Position numbers and translations under genes: made by a program
Notes under the pieces: generated by a model
The model's input: only the letters and a program-made list of their open reading frames with translations
Databases searched by the model: none
What the model was told of the DNA's origin: nothing
Shown here: positions 47,837 through 56,814 of the stretch, piece by piece
Layout: each line of letters begins with the position of its first letter
Position numbering within the stretch: the stretch's first letter is position 1
Source: Anaerolineales bacterium
Lineage (GTDB): Bacteria > Chloroflexota > Anaerolineae > Anaerolineales > UBA4823
Reading direction: 5' to 3'
DNA length: 64,000 bases
NCBI GenBank assembly: GCA_025057645.1
Contig: JANXBJ010000006.1
Coordinates: 8,142 to 72,141 of the forward strand

Positions 47837-47870
47837 CTTTTCGAGTAGGTTAGACTGCCAAACGCAAACG

Positions 47871-48662
47871 CTAGGACTTTGCCTTGATAGCGGTGATGCG
47901 GGCACTGACCACAAAGTGAAGCGGCTCTCTTGCGCTCTTCGCGTTCCTTACCTCTTTCTCAAGCACCGTTTCGGGTTGAGTCTCGAGAGGCCTGCTTAAG
48001 GTAATCTCGATCTCTTTGAATCCAACCGCAGACAAAATCTGTGCCCATTCGTCCTTTGTAATTGCCCCAGCGATACAAGCTGCCCAAGCTTCGGCATCTT
48101 CCCGCAGCGCAGCAGGCAGCGGACGCAAGCTGACCCTATCCGTCACGGCAAGCCTGCCACCCGGCTTCAGGACGCGATAAGCCTCGCCAAGAACACGATG
48201 TTTATCCGGCGCAAGGTTGATCACACAGTTTGAGATGATGACATCCACACTGTTTGAGTCGATTGGCAAGTCTTCTAGATATCCTAGGCGAAATTCGACA
48301 TTGGATAAGCCCAAACGCTGAGCAGTTTGAGTTGCTTGCTGGATCATCTGTGGAGTCATATCCACACCGATGACCTTGCCAGAGTCACCCACCCGCTTAG
48401 CTGCTAAGAAGCAATCGTAGCCCGTGCCGCTGCCCAGATCTAACACAACCTGCCCTTCCTGCAGATCGGCTATGGTTAACGGGTCGCCACAGCCGAAGCT
48501 GATGGGCTGAACTTCAGCAGGAAGACTCTCGAATGGTGATAAGGGAAGCGAGTCGGCGCTTGCACAGCAAGAACTACTTGAACAACACGATTCTCTCTGC
48601 TCTACCCGTTTTGCGTAATACGATTGAATGAGGTCGTGCAGTGGGGAGAGGGTCGATGTCAT
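47871..48662 (-). CDS. arsM: Arsenite S-adenosylmethionine methyltransferase
   Basis: SAM motif VLDLGSGTGYD, a Cys-rich N-terminus (CCSSSSCCAS), and ISNCVINLAPDK and AACIAGA cysteines typical of ArsM. Confidence 0.8.
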   Translation of the reverse strand: MTSTLSPLHDLIQSYYAKRVEQRESCCSSSSCCASADSLPLSPFESLPAEVQPISFGCGDPLTIADLQEGQVVLDLGSGTGYDCFLAAKRVGDSGKVIGVDMTPQMIQQATQTAQRLGLSNVEFRLGYLEDLPIDSNSVDVIISNCVINLAPDKHRVLGEAYRVLKPGGRLAVTDRVSLRPLPAALREDAEAWAACIAGAITKDEWAQILSAVGFKEIEITLSRPLETQPETVLEKEVRNAKSAREPLHFVVSARITAIKAKS

Positions 48663-49001
48663 TTAGGGCTCCTTGGGTGATGTGGATGTATCCAAGTGGT
48701 TTTGGACGAGAGTGGAAATTTCGCTCTGCGGCGCAAAGTTAATCAATAGCCTGCCGCAGCAAGACACAAGGTGTGCTTGATTCAAAGTGTAGTAGGTGAA
48801 CTTGCCTTCCTGACGAATGAGAACTAAACCGGCTTCTCGCAGGAGAGCAAGGTGGTGAGAGATGGTCGGTTGAGTGAGGTTAAGTTCGGCAACAATTTCG
48901 TTCACCGCCAGCCACCGACAGCAGATCAACTTCAAAATCCGTTGGCGCGTTTCATCCGCTAAAGCTTTTGAAAATATAACAGTTTCTTTATCCATAGACA
49001 T
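48663..49001 (-). CDS. arsR: ArsR/SmtB-family metalloregulator
   Basis: wHTH LNLTQPTISHHLALLREAGLV, and a CC pair (LICCRW) at the position of the ELCVCDL site. Its stop abuts the arsM start. Confidence 0.85.
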   Translation of the reverse strand: MSMDKETVIFSKALADETRQRILKLICCRWLAVNEIVAELNLTQPTISHHLALLREAGLVLIRQEGKFTYYTLNQAHLVSCCGRLLINFAPQSEISTLVQNHLDTSTSPKEP

Positions 49002-49003
49002 CC

Positions 49004-49025
49004 ATCTATTTGAGATTATATAGAT
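49004..49025. promoter_or_regulatory. Inverted repeat ATCTAT-N10-ATAGAT overlapping the arsR -10 box (candidate ArsR operator)
   Basis: The arms are 49004-49009 and 49020-49025. A minus-strand TATAAT at 49015-49020 lies 13 nt from the ATG. Confidence 0.45.
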
Positions 49026-49131
49026 TACCGTCTATTTGTCAAGGAAGGGGAGATTTGCACTCAACAGACTCCGTCTAAGAGTCTCTAAAAACAAGACTTT
49101 TAGGGTAGCCTCTCCAAACCCATAACTTGGG

Positions 49132-50630
49132 TCATTCGATGATGAAGGGCTTTTCATCTGCAGCGCAAATCAATTGGATGGCGTTCTTTCCCGAAGCCGC
49201 TGCCAGCGGTACACTGCCGCCCGGTTCTACCCAATGCCCAGCCATATAGAGGTTTTTCAAGTGCGGCAGGGTCTTGGGAACACCATTGATCAGCATGGGC
49301 ATCGTCTCTTTGGTGAGTAGAAAACCACAGGTGGAGCCTTGCCAATTGCCAGTATAGCGTTCGTAGCTCAGCGGCGTGGCTTCATCGATCGCTTCCACAT
49401 CTTCGTTGATGCCAGGGTACCATTTCTCGATGTAACCGCGCAGTATATCCGAAACTTGGCGTTGCTCATCATCATAGATACGGCGCCCGTAAATGTGCTG
49501 CCAATAGGGATAATGCGTGCGCACAATGATTTCCACTACCGACTTGCCCGGCGGCGCTAAGCTTGAATCGAAGCAGTAATGTTTGACCCCAATTTGGCGG
49601 TGTGGTTCGCCGGCGATCAGGATGTCATGGTCGAGCAGGTAGGTGACCCAATGGGGAAAACCCGAAAGGTCACGCTTGACCCCTAGCGAGATCTGCATCA
49701 TACTGTGCATGGGCAGATGCCCGTCGTACATGCGCCGAATTTTAGGGTTGGTATATTTGCCATCCAACAAATCAAAGATCGTCGTCCGCCCATCGCAAGC
49801 GGAAATGATCACATCGCCCTTATAGACCTCATCGTTATATAATCGCACGCCTACGGCTTGATCGTTTTCGACCAAGATTTTTTCCACCTGGGCTTTGTAG
49901 ACGATTTCGCCACCCAACCCGAGGAAGCGTCTTTCGATCGCCTGGGCAAAAGCCAGTGAACCACAGCGCGGGAAGCCGGCGTTGTGATTGTGTGCATATA
50001 GGCTAACAATGCCATACCCATCATCACTGGCGCCTCTTCCCACGAGAACATGTGAGCAAAGGCGCGCTTTAGAAAAGGGTGCTGAAAGCGAGCGGCAAAT
50101 TCACCCGCCGAGAGTGTCCCCCAGCGGGTCATTGGGATCAGGTAGGGCATCATCTTCATCCCAAATTCGCGCCAATCCGCAGCGTTCATCAGTTGGCGCG
50201 GTTTGCGATACAGCGCCGAGAGGTCAAAACGGGTAAATTGGCGCACACCCTCACAAAATTGCTTGATCAAAGGCGCATCTTGTGGGGAAATTTGGCAGAG
50301 GTGGTCTTGAAGCTGGTCAGGGTTACAATAAACGATCAAGGTATGCTCGCCGTCGGTGATGCGTTGATATTCTGTATGGTTGATCATCAGACGCCCTTGG
50401 ACAGCGCCGAGCTCAAGCCAAAGGTCATAAAAGGGTTGCCCTTCTCCTGACCCAAACAGGTAGTGAATGCAGCCATCAAAGAGATATCCTTTGCGTTCCC
50501 AAGCGGTGCAGAGCCCGCCGGGTAAGTTGTGCATTTCAAAAATTGTGGCTCGGTATCCATTCATCAGGGCATAGCAGCCTGCTGCTAAACCTGCCACTCC
50601 CCCACCAATGATCAAAATCTGTTTTTGCAT
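49132..50630 (-). pseudogene. CrtI/phytoene-desaturase-family FAD oxidoreductase interrupted by a frameshift
   Basis: The N-terminal ORF (50630-49851) carries IIGGGVAGLAAG...PGG. The C-terminal ORF (50043-49132) carries the terminal GHWVEPGGSVPLAAASG motif. The span is 1499 nt (3n+2), and the frames switch near 49987-49995. Confidence 0.75.
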
Positions 50631-50636
50631 GGAAGG

Positions 50637-50642
50637 ATTATA
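50637..50642 (-). promoter_or_regulatory. -10 box TATAAT, 6 nt upstream of the CrtI-like ATG (leaderless-type)
   Basis: Minus strand reads TATAAT-ccttcc-ATG. The box starts directly after the upstream gene's stop codon. Confidence 0.45.
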
Positions 50643-51806
50643 CTACCGAACGCTGCTCAGGACGGTCTCGGAACTCCCACCCGTCTCAGAACTTGCCGGG
50701 GCGTAGGAGACCTCCACAGCAGAGAGCACCAAAATCATGGCAACAAAGGCATCCTGCGCTCTGGATGGATCTCCTGCTACGTTGCTACAGAACCAATCTG
50801 GGATGTTGACTTTGGACTGCGAGAAGAAATAACTTGCCCACTCACTTAAGAAACCAAAGCCCGCTGCATAGGGCAAATAACGCTCAAAGGTCTCCGGGCT
50901 CAGTGGTTGATGTTGACCTTGGGTAATCTCTTTTAGGTAGTCAGCAAACGCTTTCCACTGCGCTGCCTGTTGTGCTCCCTGATCGGTCAGGGTAGAGAGG
51001 CTCAACGTCAGGACGATACCAACAAATCCAGCCAAGACCAAGCCACTGCCGCTGCCCAGCAAAATAGCACCGAAGGGATAGCTCCAACCAACCCCAACCC
51101 CGACCGCAAAAAAGAGCAATCCAAGCGCCATCATCTCCCCTGCGAAAATAGCAAATCGGCGCCGCTGATCTATCCTCTCAACGCTATGCCAAGCCCGCTG
51201 TACCAGCTCGTCCTCCAGCGCCCCGAGGTAGGACTTGGAGTTAGCTACTTTCGCAATTTGGGCGAGAGAAACACGCTCTCGCCCAGGATATCGAAACAAG
51301 ACCTCCAGAAAAGCTTCCTCGTGCGGCTGGAGCGATTCCTGTACAGGCAGACGGACGATTTCAAACACCCTCTGCCCCCATTTCGGTTCCTTTTCCTCAA
51401 CGCGCAGCAATCCGCGCTGGGCCAGGTCCAAAAGAGTTGCTAACGCAGCGCTTGAAGACCCACAGAGGTGTGCCACCAAGCCGGGCATGAGCGTCTGAGG
51501 AGGAAGAGTATAAACTTTCAAGGCTTGGGCAGCATAATCAAAGCGCTGTTGCAAGCTCAAACGTTTACGTAGGAGGAGGGTTAGAGCCAACAAACCGCTG
51601 ATCGCAGCCGCCGCCCCACCCTGTAACCGCGCTTGCTCTTCGGTGAGCCGGGGCGGGAAGTTTTCCGCCTGCATTTGAGACAAGTTTACAACCGGAGCAG
51701 CCAGCCGAAATTGACACTCCTCTCCGATAAACACTCCTCTTGCCACAGCGACGCTTGGAAGTGTAAACAATAGCAAGATGACACCGAGAATCCTAATATG
51801 TGGCAT
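50643..51806 (-). CDS. DUF2207-like membrane protein
   Basis: Signal peptide, a cytoplasmic wHTH-like middle region and C-terminal TM helices. The family call is from overall pattern only. Confidence 0.5.
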   Translation of the reverse strand: MPHIRILGVILLLFTLPSVAVARGVFIGEECQFRLAAPVVNLSQMQAENFPPRLTEEQARLQGGAAAAISGLLALTLLLRKRLSLQQRFDYAAQALKVYTLPPQTLMPGLVAHLCGSSSAALATLLDLAQRGLLRVEEKEPKWGQRVFEIVRLPVQESLQPHEEAFLEVLFRYPGRERVSLAQIAKVANSKSYLGALEDELVQRAWHSVERIDQRRRFAIFAGEMMALGLLFFAVGVGVGWSYPFGAILLGSGSGLVLAGFVGIVLTLSLSTLTDQGAQQAAQWKAFADYLKEITQGQHQPLSPETFERYLPYAAGFGFLSEWASYFFSQSKVNIPDWFCSNVAGDPSRAQDAFVAMILVLSAVEVSYAPASSETGGSSETVLSSVR

Positions 51807-51998
51807 CGAGAGAACTTCCTTTCCATCCTCACGCCCAAGCTTGGCAACGAAAACCCTTGCAATTGATTGTACGAAATCCAGACTAACGGATGGTTAACAA
51901 ATGAGTTAACATCCCTTAAACAACTAGGTTCGGGAGTTAGTTCTTGTAATTGTGAGGCCTTCACTTATTCCGGGGTTGTTTGCCGGTCCGCCTATGCC

Positions 51999-53636
51999 TT
52001 AGCGCGCCACCTTCTCCACATAGGGGATAGCGCTTTTACACGGTTCGGTAAAGTATTGGGTGATGTTTTCCCAAGTAAGCGGCAAGCCGTTATTGACCGT
52101 TTGGTGAACGGCATAAGATAGACAACCGGGTCCGACATGGTAGTTTGCAGCCGTCATCCGCCACAGGTCTTCATAATTGCTCACCCTGCCCGGCATCTCG
52201 CCAGTGGCATTGTAGACAATCTGTGCTACTTGTTCGCAGTTGGCTTTGACCGTCTTGGCAAATAGGGGGATGCTAAAGAAGGTGTTGGTCAGGTCAATGC
52301 CCGCCGGACATTCTGGGCAATCAGCTTTCGCTTGAACCGCTAAGGCGCCGCGCAACATGGCTTGCTCATCTCGGCTGAGGTGCAAATACCCCTTGTCGCA
52401 AGTCTCCTGGGCAAGAATGAGTGGGCAAAATTGGCTGTAGAATTGCTCGTTCCAGAGCAAGAGGGCATCGGCGCCGAGATCGGTGATTTGACCTAAGCCA
52501 AACTCAAGGGGCGCCTTGAAGACTCCGGGCCAGAATTGGCTTTCCTGAGCAAAGAGATTTTTCAAGAATTGCGCGGGAACGCCGGTTTCATTGGCAGCTT
52601 CGAGGATTTTGGCATCAAATTGATTCTGCCAGGCTTGGAGATAAGGACGAGCCAATTCTAGACCACAGACATCGGCATAACCGTTAGGCAGCAGCCCTCC
52701 AGTGGGACAGGAGGAAGCGTCGACAACCCCTTGGCTAATTAGCCGTCCAGCCAAGTAGTAATACGGTTCATCCGAAGACATCAGGTCAATGCTGCCCGGC
52801 GAACTGAGCCAAAGCGGCGGGCCACCAACCGGTTGAAAAGCTTGCCAAGTTTCGGCGCAACTGGCCAAGGGATTGCCTTGCCATTGACTGCTCAAGACGT
52901 CCACATACCAACCGCTCTCGCCCCGGGTCTTGCGAACGCCTGTCTCAACCACACGGACAAAAGCCTTGTATTTAGGGCTGGTATCCCCGAAGCTGGAGAC
53001 CGCCCAGAACTGAACTTCAACCCCCTCTATTGGAGTCGGCTTGAGCGGCAGCGAGCAACTTTGCCCTTCGCAGGCAAAGGGCTGTTCGGCATATGTTCCC
53101 TCAATCCCGATGATACGCTCGTTGGGCAAGGGCTCCTGACCTGTGATCAACAAATTCGGCAAATTCGGGCAGCGGTTCTCAGGAATAGTCGGTTGGCAAC
53201 CTTCAAGACTGATGGTCGCACTTGCCACAGGTAGCTCAATAGTCAGCTCTTTCTGAGCAGGCTTGCTGGAAACCAGGTGCAAATAAAGCCCTTTGCAACC
53301 GAAGGTGTCAAAGCTCCCCACCAAAGCCGGCTCACACGGGGGCGTCGACCGCCATGCCTGATAAACGTCAAAGCCACACTGCGCAGTAACTTCTTCGGGT
53401 TTGGGCAATCCATCGTGATCAATAAAAATGCGACAGGCGATCGAATTATCCGACCACTTGAGCAACCACCATTCGTACTCCACGTAAGCAATCTGAATAG
53501 TGGTCTGGCGCACAGGCGGAGCATCTTCGCCGATTGCGGGGCTTGGGCTTCTTAGTGAACTTACCCACAATCCGATGCCGATCAGAAAACCGGTAATACC
53601 GCTTACCGCTCGCCTCATCACGAGGTACGATAACAT
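51999..53636 (-). CDS. Membrane-anchored protein with a C-terminal lytic transglycosylase (SLT/GH23-like) domain
   Basis: N-terminal TM. LFAQESQFWPG (catalytic E-S), GLGQIT and AANYHVGPG motifs in SLT order. Confidence 0.65.
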   Translation of the reverse strand: MLSYLVMRRAVSGITGFLIGIGLWVSSLRSPSPAIGEDAPPVRQTTIQIAYVEYEWWLLKWSDNSIACRIFIDHDGLPKPEEVTAQCGFDVYQAWRSTPPCEPALVGSFDTFGCKGLYLHLVSSKPAQKELTIELPVASATISLEGCQPTIPENRCPNLPNLLITGQEPLPNERIIGIEGTYAEQPFACEGQSCSLPLKPTPIEGVEVQFWAVSSFGDTSPKYKAFVRVVETGVRKTRGESGWYVDVLSSQWQGNPLASCAETWQAFQPVGGPPLWLSSPGSIDLMSSDEPYYYLAGRLISQGVVDASSCPTGGLLPNGYADVCGLELARPYLQAWQNQFDAKILEAANETGVPAQFLKNLFAQESQFWPGVFKAPLEFGLGQITDLGADALLLWNEQFYSQFCPLILAQETCDKGYLHLSRDEQAMLRGALAVQAKADCPECPAGIDLTNTFFSIPLFAKTVKANCEQVAQIVYNATGEMPGRVSNYEDLWRMTAANYHVGPGCLSYAVHQTVNNGLPLTWENITQYFTEPCKSAIPYVEKVAR

Positions 53637-53802
53637 GGAAAGAGAGAGTTGTCAATCGAGCGCAGGTTGCTTGTTGGTAAGACGAGCAAGGCACCCGCCC
53701 CGGAGAATCACCGATCGGCTTGGCAATCGCCCTGCAGACGGGTCACCTCAGAAGAAGGCTCAAAGGCGATCCCCTACATCGAGACTCCCCCTGCACTCAG
53801 AC

Positions 53803-53813
53803 TGGTATATAAT
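53803..53813 (+). promoter_or_regulatory. Extended -10 (TGgTATATAAT) upstream of polA
   Basis: Lies about 175 nt upstream of the polA ATG. Confidence 0.35.
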
Positions 53814-53988
53814 CAAGTTGAGCACTCTCATTCTCCGAGAGCACGACGCTCCTTGCTAAGAGGAAAATAGCCGAGAATGCTACCCCCCATGAGCTCGCAA
53901 GGAAAGGCCGCAGCCCGGCGATGTTGCAAATGTAGACTGCCATTCCGGTTATCGTTAGCAAACCCTTTTTACCGATAAGGAATAATGT

Positions 53989-56796
53989 ATGCCTCCGATA
54001 CTCTACCTAATCGACGGTCATGCGCTGGCGTATCGCGTCTACTTCGCCCTAACACGGGGCAATCCCGAGGGCTTCCGCACCAAAAGCGGCGAACCCACGG
54101 CCGGAACGTTCGGCTTCGTCAGCGTGCTTTTGCGCATCCTCGAAAGTGAGAGACCGGAATACTTAGCCGTGGCCTTCGACACCGGGAGAACCTTTCGGGA
54201 TGAGATCTACCCTGAGTACAAGGCCACTCGGGCTAAAATGCCGGACGACCTCACCCCCCAAATCGAACGCATCCGCCAAATCCTGGATGCTTTACGCATC
54301 CCGCGCCTCGAGGTGGAGGGATATGAGGCTGATGACGTGTTAGGAAGTATCGCCAAACAGGCTGCCCAGGATGGATATGCAGTCAAAATCATTACCGGCG
54401 ATCGTGACCTGCTTCAATTGGTCAGCGATCGCATTGTGGTCAATCTGCCGGGGAAGACCCTCTCTGAAGCAGAAAATTATTTTCCTGAGGACGTCAAAGC
54501 AACACTGGGAATCACTCCTGACCAAGTCGTGGATTACAAAGCCCTAGTAGGGGATAAATCGGACAATATCCCCGGAGTGCGCGGGATTGGCGAGAAAACT
54601 GCCATTGCTCTCTTGCAAAAATATGGCAATCTAGATCAAATTTACGCCCACTTAGACGAAATCCCTGAAGCCACTCGCAAAAAATTGCTCGCCGACCGCG
54701 AGATGGCTTACCTGAGCCGTCGTTTAGCTACAATTACGACCCACTTGGACATACCCTTCGACCCCGAACGAGCTCGAATAGGACAATTCGACCTCCAAGA
54801 AGTGGAGGAAATCTTCCGGCAGCTTGAGTTCCGAACCCTCCTTAGCCGTTTCCGAGAAGTCGCTAAGCTGTATGGGGTTGCACTGCCTAGCCCACGCAAC
54901 AGCACCGCACAACTCTCGCTCTTCGAAGTCCCCCAAGCCGCCGAAGCCTCCATCGAGGTTTCCACTCCTCTGCTTCCATATGAGGTCATCAACACCGAAA
55001 CTGCGCTCCTAGCGCTGAGCGAACAGCTCGAACGAGTGCCGGTCATCGCTATCGATACCGAAACAACCGCTACTGACGCTATGCGCGCTGAGCTGGTTGG
55101 ATTGTCGTTGGCCACAAGCGGTGAGAAGGGATATTATCTACCTGTTGGCCACCATTCAGATCAACTGCGACAACTGCCACTCGCCCGGGTCCTGGAGGCT
55201 CTGCGTAAGCCCCTCACAGACACTAGGATTCGCAAAATCGGTCACAACCTCAAATATGACTTCATTGTGCTTGCTCGGCAGGGTCTGCGCGTTCAGCCGC
55301 TCTCGTTTGACAGCATGATTGCCGAATGGCTATGCGACCCGAATTCCCACAATTTGGGCCTCAAGAACCTAGCCTGGGTGCGCCTAAACTGGCCAATGAC
55401 CACCATCGAGGAACTGATCGGCAAGGGTAAGAAGCAGGTGAGCATGGCCGAGCTACCCATCGAGCAAGTGGCGCCGTATGCCGCCGCCGATGCTGCGGTC
55501 GTCTTCCGCTTGCAACCTCTCTTGACCAAGGAACTGGAACAAAAAGCTGCTCAAAATCTCTTGGAAGACCTAGAGATGCCCTTAGTCACCGTTTTGGCAG
55601 ATATGGAGATGAGCGGGGTCTGTTTGGACGTGCAGCTCCTTTGCGCGCTATCCGAAGAGCTAGCGGGGCGAATGAAGGCCATCGAAACACAGATTTACGA
55701 AGCGGTCGGAACGACCTTTAACTTGAATTCGCCGCCGCAACTTTCCGAGGTGCTATTCAACCGTCTACGCATCGCCCCGCCTAATCGCAATCAGCGCACA
55801 GCGAGCGGCTTTTATTCCACACGAGCGGGAATACTAGAGGAGCTGAGAGGAAGACACCCGGTTGTAGACTGGATCCTGGAGTATCGGGAACTGGCTAAGC
55901 TTAAGTCCACATACGTGGATGCGCTGCCACAACAGGTGAACCCGAAAACAGGGCGAATCCACACCTCTTTCAATCAAACCGGATCGGTGACCGGGCGAAT
56001 AGCCTCTTCAGAGCCCAATCTGCAAAATATCCCCGTGCGCAGCGAGACCGGGCGCAAAGTGAGACAAGCATTTATAGCCGCACCCGGTTGTGTTCTACTC
56101 TCGGTGGATTATTCCCAAGTGGAGCTCCGGATTGTCGCTCATATCGCTCAAGATCAGGCAATGCTTGCGGCTTTTCGCGCCGATCAAGATATTCATGCCG
56201 CCACTGCAGCGGCGATCTACAACGTCCCCATTGAGGCGGTGACCAAAGAGCAACGGCGCCATGCCAAGGCGATCAACTTTGGATTGATCTACGGGATGAG
56301 CCCTTACGGCCTAGCGCGGACCACCGACTTAACGTTGGCGGAGGCTGAAAACTTCGTTGAAGCTTACTTCCGCAGGTTTCCCGGGGTCAAAGCCTATCTG
56401 GACCGAGTCCGTTTGCAGGCAGCCCAGCAAGGCTACGTCGAAACCCTGCTCGGCCGAAGGCGTTATTTCCCAACCCTAAAGACCGAAAAGAACGCAACCC
56501 TCCGCAACCGGGAAGAACGGGAGGCCATCAATGCCCCCATCCAAGGAACAGCCGCAGATATCATCAAGTTAGCCATGATCCGCATCCCAGAAGCCTTACG
56601 CGAAAAAGGACTGTCCGGGCAGTTGATCCTACAGGTACACGACGAACTGCTGCTCGAATGCCCTGAGGAAGAGGCGCTAGAAACTGCGCGTCTCGTCAAA
56701 CAAGTGATGGAGTCGGCCTACCCCCTTTGCATTCCACTGAAGACTGAAACGCGATACGGTAAGAACTGGGATGAGTTGCTCCCGCTTGAGATATAA
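53989..56796 (+). CDS. polA: DNA polymerase I
   Basis: 5' nuclease domain (LYLIDGHALAYR), 3'-5' exonuclease motif IAIDTETT, and polymerase motifs DYSQVELR and QVHDEL. Confidence 0.97.
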   Translation: MPPILYLIDGHALAYRVYFALTRGNPEGFRTKSGEPTAGTFGFVSVLLRILESERPEYLAVAFDTGRTFRDEIYPEYKATRAKMPDDLTPQIERIRQILDALRIPRLEVEGYEADDVLGSIAKQAAQDGYAVKIITGDRDLLQLVSDRIVVNLPGKTLSEAENYFPEDVKATLGITPDQVVDYKALVGDKSDNIPGVRGIGEKTAIALLQKYGNLDQIYAHLDEIPEATRKKLLADREMAYLSRRLATITTHLDIPFDPERARIGQFDLQEVEEIFRQLEFRTLLSRFREVAKLYGVALPSPRNSTAQLSLFEVPQAAEASIEVSTPLLPYEVINTETALLALSEQLERVPVIAIDTETTATDAMRAELVGLSLATSGEKGYYLPVGHHSDQLRQLPLARVLEALRKPLTDTRIRKIGHNLKYDFIVLARQGLRVQPLSFDSMIAEWLCDPNSHNLGLKNLAWVRLNWPMTTIEELIGKGKKQVSMAELPIEQVAPYAAADAAVVFRLQPLLTKELEQKAAQNLLEDLEMPLVTVLADMEMSGVCLDVQLLCALSEELAGRMKAIETQIYEAVGTTFNLNSPPQLSEVLFNRLRIAPPNRNQRTASGFYSTRAGILEELRGRHPVVDWILEYRELAKLKSTYVDALPQQVNPKTGRIHTSFNQTGSVTGRIASSEPNLQNIPVRSETGRKVRQAFIAAPGCVLLSVDYSQVELRIVAHIAQDQAMLAAFRADQDIHAATAAAIYNVPIEAVTKEQRRHAKAINFGLIYGMSPYGLARTTDLTLAEAENFVEAYFRRFPGVKAYLDRVRLQAAQQGYVETLLGRRRYFPTLKTEKNATLRNREEREAINAPIQGTAADIIKLAMIRIPEALREKGLSGQLILQVHDELLLECPEEEALETARLVKQVMESAYPLCIPLKTETRYGKNWDELLPLEI

Positions 56797-56814
56797 TTAA
56801 GCCGAGGAGCAATC

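Noticed and set aside
49876-49886. A-run (GGAAAAAAUC in the mRNA) as a programmed -1 frameshift site rescuing the split CrtI-like gene.
   Set aside because: Shifting there would leave about 35 conserved residues (NHNAGFPRCGSLAFAQAIE...) translated in the wrong frame. The real frame switch is about 100 nt upstream, at a non-slippery CACACA tract.
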